From: Acidimicrobiia bacterium
GTDB taxonomy: Bacteria > Actinomycetota > Acidimicrobiia > IMCC26256 > JAENVU01
Direction: 5' to 3'
DNA: 64,000 nt
Assembly: GCA_038250905.1 (NCBI GenBank)
Contig: JBBSBV010000026.1
Coordinates: forward strand, 310-64,309
The notes under the pieces were generated by a model that saw only the letters and a program-made list of their open reading frames with translations, was not told where the DNA came from and did not search any database. Position numbers and translations under genes: made by a program. This document shows positions 9,378-16,831 of the stretch, piece after piece (the stretch's first letter is position 1; every line of letters begins with the position of its first letter).

Positions 9378-9455
9378 GGTGGCCGTAGCTCAGTTGGCTA
9401 GAGCGCCGGGTTGTGATCCCGGAGGTCGGGGGTTCGAAACCCCTCGGTCACCCCA
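9378..9455 (+). tRNA. tRNA-His(GTG)
   Basis: G-1 present; CCGGG-TT-GTG-AT-CCCGG; encoded CCA. Confidence 0.95.
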
Positions 9456-9590
9456 CTGTTCGCGACGCCTGGCGTCGCGCGGGCGAATGCGACGAAGAGG
9501 AAGGCCGCGAACACCGTCAGGTGATGCGCAGCCTGTAACACCGTCGCTCCACGAGTGCGCCGAGAGCGCAATGAGCGCTACGTTGCGGCC

Positions 9591-12581
9591 GTGCCGCGGT
9601 ACGACGCGTTCATCTCGTATAGCCACGCCGCGGACGGCAGGCTGGCGCCAGAACTCCAGACCGGCCTCCAGCGGTTGGCGAAACCGTGGAACCGACGGCG
9701 GGCGCTCGAGGTGTTCCGCGACCAGACCGGCCTCGCGGTCACGCCACATCTCTGGGATGAGATCGTCGACGCCCTCGACACCGCGGAATGGTTCGTGCTG
9801 CTCGCCTCCCCCGACTCAGCAGGATCCGAATGGGTCGGCAAGGAGATCACGCACTGGCTCGAACGCCCGAACGCGCGGGACCGGATCCTGCCCGTCCTCA
9901 CGGACGGCGTTTGGGACTGGGCCGAAACCGGCGGATTCACTCCGGAGTGCACCGCCGTCAATCCGGCGCTCCACGACGCGTTCACCGACGAGCCGTTCTT
10001 CCTCGATCTCACCTGGGCGAAATCGGCAGAACACCTCGATCTCGGCAATCCGCAGTTTCGCGACTCGATCGCGGCCCTGGCCGGGCAGATGCACGGCAAA
10101 TCTCCGGATGAACTCATCGGTGCCGACGTCCAACAGTTCAAGCTGGCGCGCCGGCTCCGGCGGGCTGCGGTCATCGGTCTCGCGACGCTGACCGTCGCCG
10201 CGCTCTTCGCCACCGGGATCGCCGTGAGCCAGCGCAACAAGGCCGACCGGAGCGCGGCGCAATCCCGGTCGCGGGAACTCGCGGCCCTGGCGCGCAGCAA
10301 GATCGATGACGACCCCGGGCTCGCATCGATCCTCGCCGTCGAGGCGAACTACCCGAACGGTGCAACGAAACCGATCGACGTTCCGGACGCGCGCATGACG
10401 CTCGGCGTCACACTGCGGAAACGGCAGTGGGCTGCGTTCACCCGCGTCGGTCCGCAGATCACCGCGCGGGCTACCCACATCGTCACCGAAGACTCGCGCC
10501 ACGTCGCGACGATGGACTACGGCACGTGCACGTGCCGCATTTCGTGGTGGGACGCCCACACGGGCCAACCCGTGCCGCGACCCGTTTCCGCGGCCGTGGA
10601 AAAGAGGTTGACGGAGCCCTTCGGAACCAGCACGGGCGGGGTGAGCTTCGCCAGGCAGAACCCCCCGTCCTTCGGCGACTTCCCGATCACCGTGCCGTTT
10701 ACCGTCGATCAGTCCAGCGGCATGCTCATCGGCATGGACCCGGCCACCACCGGCGATCTCGTCGTTCAGCCGGCGGCCGGCGGTCCCGTGGTGAGCCGGT
10801 TGCGCGGATCACCAGGCGCGCAGCTCGCGTTGGTGACGGCACTGCCGTCGGGTCAGGTGGTGGCGGTGAGCACGACCGGCGACTTGTACGAGTGGTCGCG
10901 CACCGCCGGCGGCGCCGCCCGGCGAATCGCGTACACACCGCCCGTCGGGAACACCGTGCAGTCGATCGCGCCGGCAGCAGACAATCGGATCGTCGTCGAA
11001 TCCGTCGCCGTGCCCACGGGGTACCGGACGCTCCCGTGCGCGCGCGTCTGCATCGACAATTCGACCGTGACGTCCGACGTGCCGCCATTCTCCTTCCTCG
11101 GATCCCAGATCACCGCACCCCACGCCGACGTAATCGACATCAGCGACGCGTCACAGCCGAAGGTGGTCCGGACGTTCACCGACGCCGCGGTGACCGTGCC
11201 GGGGAGCGACGCGGTCTCTCCGGCGTCGACTTCGGTGCACCGGTACCTCGCGGCCCGTTCTATCGGGCAGGACGCGTTCGGCGACGCCGAGGTCGACGTG
11301 TGGGACATCGATGCCGGGCGACTCATCGCGGCCATTCCCCGTCTCCGACCGACCGACCTCCGGTGGCTCGACCCGACGACCCTCGCCGTCGTCTCGGCAC
11401 GCGGCGTCGAGAACCTCCGGCTCAATGTGCCGCCAGTCCTCGATACCACCACCGTGGACCTCGCTCGGTCCACCACCGGCGACATCACCGCGATCCTGCC
11501 CTCCACCCCCGCCGCCACTCCGGCGCGGTACGAGCCATCCGGCTCGGGGCGGCCCGCCCGCCTCGTCCCCGAGGTCGATCCCGCGACGCTGACCTATGGC
11601 GGCAGCTCTCCCGGTCGCCTCTCGCTCAGTCCCGACGGCCGGGTCGGGAGCTTCGTCCTCGACAAGGCCGTGGACCCGGTCACCGGGTCCAACGGATGCG
11701 TGTCCATCGGCGCGTACTGCGCCCCGCCGTCGTCGGTGCAGGTCGAGAAGCTCGTGGGCCACACCAAGGTGGCGTCGTTCCCGGGCGGGACGACGGCCGC
11801 ATTCGACCCGACGGGTCGGTGGCTGGCTGTCGGAAGGCACCACGACATCCAGATTGCCGACACCCGAACGTGGCACGTCGCGCAAACGCGGAACATCCCC
11901 GACATCCTGCCGAACCAGATCGTGTGGGCGCCTGACGGCGCCGACCTCTTCGTCCGCGGCCAGGATGCCAGCCAGACCTTCCTCACCGTCTCCGTCAACC
12001 GCGCGACCGGTCGGTCCCGGGCTTTCCCCACCGCGGGAGACGGCGTGGGACTCGCGGTGTCGCCCGACGGTCGCACGATCGCCACCACCGGGGACGGTGG
12101 GACGGTCACGTTGTGGGCGCGCACCGGATCGAGCGTCGGCCGCGTCCCGCTGTCGACGTTCACCGCCGATGCCGGATCGATCAGTGGCCTGGCGTTCAGC
12201 CCCGATGGCGCGCGGCTGGTCACGAGTGGTGAGACGACGACCGCCATGTGGGACCTCTCGGACCGGACCAACCCCGCGAGGCTCGACGTCCTCACCAAGC
12301 TCCCCGCGCTGGCTCGGGTCCACGAACGCTCGACCACGGGAGATGCTGCTCGCGCTCGATGGGGACTGGTCGCGTTCAACCCCAACGGTCGATCACTCCT
12401 CCTGGCCGGACCCACGGGCGTGGTCGAGCTCGCCGACTTCGACCCTGCACTCGCGTGCTCGCTCGCGACCCCCGCCGACCTCGCCGCCGCCGAACGGGCG
12501 CTGCGGGCGGCATCGGCGTGCACGCGCGTGCCCGAGCTGCGACGAGCGCGACACGCCAGGGCCGGACCCAGGCAGACCTGA
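9591..12581 (+). CDS. TIR domain - transmembrane helix - WD40/beta-propeller protein
   Basis: YDAFISYSH...EVFRD...LASPDSAGSEWVGKEI (TIR); TM AAVIGLATLTVAALFATGIAV; repeats LAFSPDG/AFDPTG/VWD; TACGTT-N6-GTG supports start 9591. Confidence 0.85.
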   Translation: MPRYDAFISYSHAADGRLAPELQTGLQRLAKPWNRRRALEVFRDQTGLAVTPHLWDEIVDALDTAEWFVLLASPDSAGSEWVGKEITHWLERPNARDRILPVLTDGVWDWAETGGFTPECTAVNPALHDAFTDEPFFLDLTWAKSAEHLDLGNPQFRDSIAALAGQMHGKSPDELIGADVQQFKLARRLRRAAVIGLATLTVAALFATGIAVSQRNKADRSAAQSRSRELAALARSKIDDDPGLASILAVEANYPNGATKPIDVPDARMTLGVTLRKRQWAAFTRVGPQITARATHIVTEDSRHVATMDYGTCTCRISWWDAHTGQPVPRPVSAAVEKRLTEPFGTSTGGVSFARQNPPSFGDFPITVPFTVDQSSGMLIGMDPATTGDLVVQPAAGGPVVSRLRGSPGAQLALVTALPSGQVVAVSTTGDLYEWSRTAGGAARRIAYTPPVGNTVQSIAPAADNRIVVESVAVPTGYRTLPCARVCIDNSTVTSDVPPFSFLGSQITAPHADVIDISDASQPKVVRTFTDAAVTVPGSDAVSPASTSVHRYLAARSIGQDAFGDAEVDVWDIDAGRLIAAIPRLRPTDLRWLDPTTLAVVSARGVENLRLNVPPVLDTTTVDLARSTTGDITAILPSTPAATPARYEPSGSGRPARLVPEVDPATLTYGGSSPGRLSLSPDGRVGSFVLDKAVDPVTGSNGCVSIGAYCAPPSSVQVEKLVGHTKVASFPGGTTAAFDPTGRWLAVGRHHDIQIADTRTWHVAQTRNIPDILPNQIVWAPDGADLFVRGQDASQTFLTVSVNRATGRSRAFPTAGDGVGLAVSPDGRTIATTGDGGTVTLWARTGSSVGRVPLSTFTADAGSISGLAFSPDGARLVTSGETTTAMWDLSDRTNPARLDVLTKLPALARVHERSTTGDAARARWGLVAFNPNGRSLLLAGPTGVVELADFDPALACSLATPADLAAAERALRAASACTRVPELRRARHARAGPRQT

Positions 12582-12607
12582 CACCCGTTCCACTAGCTTC
12601 ACCGGCC

Positions 12608-14155
12608 ATGCAGGGTGACGGCCCGACCACGGAAATCACCGACATCGGTAAATCGCTCGCAAACGGCACCCCCGACCAGATCAATCACGCGGTCGACCAG
12701 CTCCTCGCTCGCTTGCGCCGCGACGGCGACGCCGCCGAGGCGATCGCAGCCGGCGAAGCGCTCCAGTCCGCTCGCCGCTTCGATGCCCTTCTCAAGCTGG
12801 CGGACGCGGCGGCGCGCATCGCAGGTCCCGAGCAGTCGGCCGAGCTGTGGCTGCTCGCGATCACGGGACTGATCGAGCTGGAGGCATCGCTCACCGCCGA
12901 GCGGCTCGTCAAGTCGCTCCTCGCCGAGCCGGCCATGACGCCGTTCCGCCCGCGGTTGCTCGCACGGCTGGGCCGCATCAAGAAGGACCAGTACGTCGAT
13001 TCCGGTGAACCCGCCGCGCTCGAGCAAGCGATCGACGCCTACGTCGACGCCTACACCGCCGGCGCCGACCCGTTGTGGGTCGGCGTCAACGCCGTCGCAC
13101 TCCGGGCGCTCGCCACACGTCGGGGCTTCCCGGCCGACCACGCGGCGCCGGTACCGTTGGAGCACCTCTTCGAGCTCGCGACCTCGGCGCCGATGCCCCG
13201 GCCGGCATGGTCCATCACGACCGAGCTCGAGCTCCGCATGGCGCGGGGCGAGCCGGCCGCCGCCCTGGGGCCTCTCCTGGTCCAGCTGTTCGGCGCGCCC
13301 GATGCCACCGGTTTCGTCTACGCGAGCCTCGCCCGCCAGCTCGCCGAAATCTGGGAGCTCGATGCGGCCGATCCGCTCATGGTGATGCTCGGCGAGAAGA
13401 CGCTCGCCAGCGGCCAGGGTGAGGTGAAGCTCCCGACCACCGCCGCGGACTACGAGAGCCTCTTCGGGGCGGAGACGCCGATCGGGATCGAGAACTACCT
13501 GAAGGGCGCCGGCTGCGCCTGTGCGGTCGGCGCATTGCTGCATCCGAGCCGGGGCCTTCGGGGCACGGTGTTCGCCGTGGAGGGCGCCAACCTGCACTCG
13601 TCGCTCGCCGGTCGCGTCGTCTTGATCACGAACGAGCACGTGGTTCCCGACCCCGAACACCACGACGCACCCGGAGCCGACGAGCTGACGGCGCACTTCG
13701 TCGCGGCCAAGATCGGGCCCAACGAAGCGCTGAGCGAGTTGTCGTTCGGCGCGCTGCGCACGATCTGGCAGTCGCCGCGCGAGAAGCTCGACGTGAGCTT
13801 GCTGATTTCGGACGATCCCGCGGTCGCGCAGTTGAGCGGTCTCGCCCCGCCTGAGCCCGGCAAGCTACCCGAGGTGTTCCCCGGCGCGTTCGTGTATGTG
13901 ATCGGACACCCGAGCGGCGGCGATCTGGCGCTCTCGATACGCGGCAACGACCTGATCGAGATCGCTGACGACAACATCCGCATCCACTACAAAGCGCCCA
14001 CCCAGCCGGGGAGTTCGGGCAGCCCGGTCTTCAACGAGTCGTGGGAACTGATCGGCGTGCACCACATGGGCGCCCCGACGTGCCCGCCCGGGAACGAAGG
14101 CATCGCACTCCAGGCCATCCGCGCCGAACTCGTGGCGCGACCACCGAAGCTGTGA
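12608..14155 (+). CDS. Helical-repeat (DUF4071/TRAF-binding-like) domain + trypsin-like serine protease
   Basis: Triad TNEHV / KLDVS / TQPGSSGSP; LIGVHH; N-terminal LGRIKKD...AIDAY...WVGVNA; TAGCTT -10 just upstream of ATG. Confidence 0.85.
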   Translation: MQGDGPTTEITDIGKSLANGTPDQINHAVDQLLARLRRDGDAAEAIAAGEALQSARRFDALLKLADAAARIAGPEQSAELWLLAITGLIELEASLTAERLVKSLLAEPAMTPFRPRLLARLGRIKKDQYVDSGEPAALEQAIDAYVDAYTAGADPLWVGVNAVALRALATRRGFPADHAAPVPLEHLFELATSAPMPRPAWSITTELELRMARGEPAAALGPLLVQLFGAPDATGFVYASLARQLAEIWELDAADPLMVMLGEKTLASGQGEVKLPTTAADYESLFGAETPIGIENYLKGAGCACAVGALLHPSRGLRGTVFAVEGANLHSSLAGRVVLITNEHVVPDPEHHDAPGADELTAHFVAAKIGPNEALSELSFGALRTIWQSPREKLDVSLLISDDPAVAQLSGLAPPEPGKLPEVFPGAFVYVIGHPSGGDLALSIRGNDLIEIADDNIRIHYKAPTQPGSSGSPVFNESWELIGVHHMGAPTCPPGNEGIALQAIRAELVARPPKL

Positions 14156-14162
14156 GGTACGC

Positions 14163-16820
14163 ATGGGCATCCTGACGGACCGCAAGGTCAGCGCCGGCCG
14201 CGTGAAGGCCATCGTGTTCGGCCCGATTGGCGACGCGTTGCGCAACCACCTCGTGACCCTCGCCTACGTGGACATGGGCAAGGAGATGTCCGAGCTGCTC
14301 GGCCCCGACGACGCCAACTGGACGTGTCTCGCGGTGTGGCCCTCCTTCACCGTCGGCGAAACGATCCGCGCCACCGGCGACCCGCTCGGACTGAAGCGGA
14401 TGCTGGGCCGCGCGCAGAGCGACCCGTTGGGTCTCGCTCGCGAGAAGGCCACCGGGCGCCTCCTGCGCGGCCGCACCTCGGACGGTCGGGTATTGAACCG
14501 CAGCCTCGCGGCCGGCAACCGCGGCGTGTTCTTCGAGATCGGACTCTGCTGGGCCGACTTCCTCGCGACGTTCGCGCACAAGACCCTCACCGACGCCGAG
14601 GAGCTCTCCGAGTTCCAGAAGTTCGCCGAACGCATCGACCGGGTTCCGCTGCCGCCGGGCAAGCTGTGGCCGGACGGCAACCGTGAGCAGCTCAAGAAGG
14701 GCTTCGCGGCGTACCTCGAGGCGATGAGCTGTACCGATCCGAAACGCAAGGCCGAGCTGATCCTGCTCGGCAACATCTGCATGGGCGACCACGAACAGCG
14801 CCGGCTCCAGGGGTGGCTCGACCTCTCACTCCTCGAACCCATACGTATCGTGGCCAAGCCGATCCGCAACCTCGGTGCGGGTCGATTCGTGGGCCGCGTC
14901 GAGACTGCCTGGTCGCTTGTGATGACGCGCAAGGTGTTCGTCGTGAAGATGGACAAGGAGACCATCCGTGTCGGTCGTCCCGTGGCACTGACCGCCGGTC
15001 AGTACCCCGCACCGCTCGACACGCTCGACGCGCCCGAGGCGGTCGCGGAATACCTGCGTGTCGTGAATGCCGGAGGTGGCGCCGCGACCGGAGCGCACCA
15101 CTGGAACGACTTCCCCGACCGGATGAGCTTCATCGCGTCGCTGTTCCGTGCCAAGCAGCGGTCGGGCCTCGTCGGCATCAGCCCGTACACCCCCGAACAG
15201 GAAGCGCAGATCTGGGCCGAGGCCGCGGCGGTCGAAGCCAAGGACGCGGCGTTCTTCGAAGAGTTCGAAGGCGCACTCTTGTTCCCCAAGGCCGAGACAT
15301 CGCCCTGGTCGATCGAGGTCATGCAGGACCTCGTCGTGCGACTCGACGCCGGGCGGCGACGGTGCGACCCACCGATCGACGATGCGATCGAACAGTTCTA
15401 CCGAGGCACGGGAATCCCTCGTACCGATCGGCACTTCACCGACGTGTTGATGGCGATCGCGGATCCGAGTAGCCAACCGGACAACCCCGTGACCGCGTTC
15501 CTCCACGAGGCACCGGTGCTGCCGAAGTGGGCCGACCTCGAACGGATCAAGCGCGCGCAGGCCTTCTTCCAGACGTTCCGGCCGTCGATCCACGCATCGC
15601 TCTTCTTCGGATCGATGTTCCTCGGCTACGCGGCGGGCAACGGAGTGCAGGTGCTCGCGTTGGTGAGCGATCTCACGAACTCACCGGAGCGACGCATCTG
15701 GGAATCGACCCGGTTCGTCGAGGACATCTGCACCACGCCGTTCTGGGAGCAAGACAGCGCCGGGTGGAAGTCGTTGCGGGGCGTGCGGGTGTACCACGGC
15801 TCGATGCGGGCGATGATCGAGTCCGGCAGCCAGCACATCAAGCCGATCGCCGAGTACCCCACCGATCGCGTGTGGGATGCCGCCTGGGGCCGGCCGATCA
15901 ATCAGGAAGACATGTTCGGCTACTGCCTCACGATGGCGGTGCCCACGATCGAGAACCTCGATCGAATGGGTGCGGCGATCGATCCCGAGCAAGCCCTCGA
16001 CTGGTTGCATCTCTGGAACGTGATCGGCGTCCTGATGGGCGTCGAGGAGTCCTGGGTCATCAGCCCGCTCGACCCGACCCGGGACTTGTCGCTCGAAGAG
16101 GCTCGGTGCGCGCTCGACATCATCCTGACCCGCAACGTGAAACCCACCCCGCAGGGGCGCCAACTCACGCAGACGCTGCTCGAGCAGATCGGCTGGTTTC
16201 CCGGCCCGCTCCAGCGGGTCGCGCGCACGTTCATCCGTTCGTCCATCGGCGATCGCAACGCCGACATGCTCGGCGTCCCCCAGCGCGGACTGCTCGAGCC
16301 CGCGTTGTCGGGCATGCAGAACGTGTTCCGCACATTGCGTCAGAACGGCGCCTACTCGGCCGGGTCCCGGAAACTCACCGAGTGGCTCGGCAGCGAGTTC
16401 CTCGACTGGTGGCATCAGCAGTACAAGGACACGCCACCGTACCGGCAGGGCGGTACCGCGGCCATCGCGGCGCGCGCCCCCGATCCGAGCACGCGCGCAC
16501 CGCGCCAGATCTCGATCACGATCGACTCGACCGGCGAGCTCCCGCCCGAGGTCACCGCCGCCATCTCGGCCGTCAAGGACGTCGACGTGGTCCAACAGCC
16601 GCAGACCAACTTCTACGAGAGCCTCGACATGCAGACACTGCTGAAGGGCACCGTGCTCCCAGGCCCTGCGGTGGGTGCCCTGGTCAGCGCCGTCGTCGCG
16701 TCCACCAAGGGGGTCGCCTCGGTGCGCCAGGTGACGCTCACGATCGACGGGCGCGACGTCGCGCTCACGACGCTGTCCGACGAAGAAGTGAACCTACTGC
16801 TCCCCGAACTGACCGCGTAG
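14163..16820 (+). CDS. Fusion: uncharacterised N-terminal domain + MpaB/Lcp (DUF2236)-like heme oxygenase domain + small C-terminal domain
   Basis: RRIWEST, VRVYHGSMR (RxxH), WGRPINQEDM, WLHLWNVIGVLMGV typical of MpaB/Lcp family; GAGG RBS, 7 nt after protease stop. Confidence 0.8.
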   Translation: MGILTDRKVSAGRVKAIVFGPIGDALRNHLVTLAYVDMGKEMSELLGPDDANWTCLAVWPSFTVGETIRATGDPLGLKRMLGRAQSDPLGLAREKATGRLLRGRTSDGRVLNRSLAAGNRGVFFEIGLCWADFLATFAHKTLTDAEELSEFQKFAERIDRVPLPPGKLWPDGNREQLKKGFAAYLEAMSCTDPKRKAELILLGNICMGDHEQRRLQGWLDLSLLEPIRIVAKPIRNLGAGRFVGRVETAWSLVMTRKVFVVKMDKETIRVGRPVALTAGQYPAPLDTLDAPEAVAEYLRVVNAGGGAATGAHHWNDFPDRMSFIASLFRAKQRSGLVGISPYTPEQEAQIWAEAAAVEAKDAAFFEEFEGALLFPKAETSPWSIEVMQDLVVRLDAGRRRCDPPIDDAIEQFYRGTGIPRTDRHFTDVLMAIADPSSQPDNPVTAFLHEAPVLPKWADLERIKRAQAFFQTFRPSIHASLFFGSMFLGYAAGNGVQVLALVSDLTNSPERRIWESTRFVEDICTTPFWEQDSAGWKSLRGVRVYHGSMRAMIESGSQHIKPIAEYPTDRVWDAAWGRPINQEDMFGYCLTMAVPTIENLDRMGAAIDPEQALDWLHLWNVIGVLMGVEESWVISPLDPTRDLSLEEARCALDIILTRNVKPTPQGRQLTQTLLEQIGWFPGPLQRVARTFIRSSIGDRNADMLGVPQRGLLEPALSGMQNVFRTLRQNGAYSAGSRKLTEWLGSEFLDWWHQQYKDTPPYRQGGTAAIAARAPDPSTRAPRQISITIDSTGELPPEVTAAISAVKDVDVVQQPQTNFYESLDMQTLLKGTVLPGPAVGALVSAVVASTKGVASVRQVTLTIDGRDVALTTLSDEEVNLLLPELTA

Positions 16821-16831
16821 GTCGCACACGC

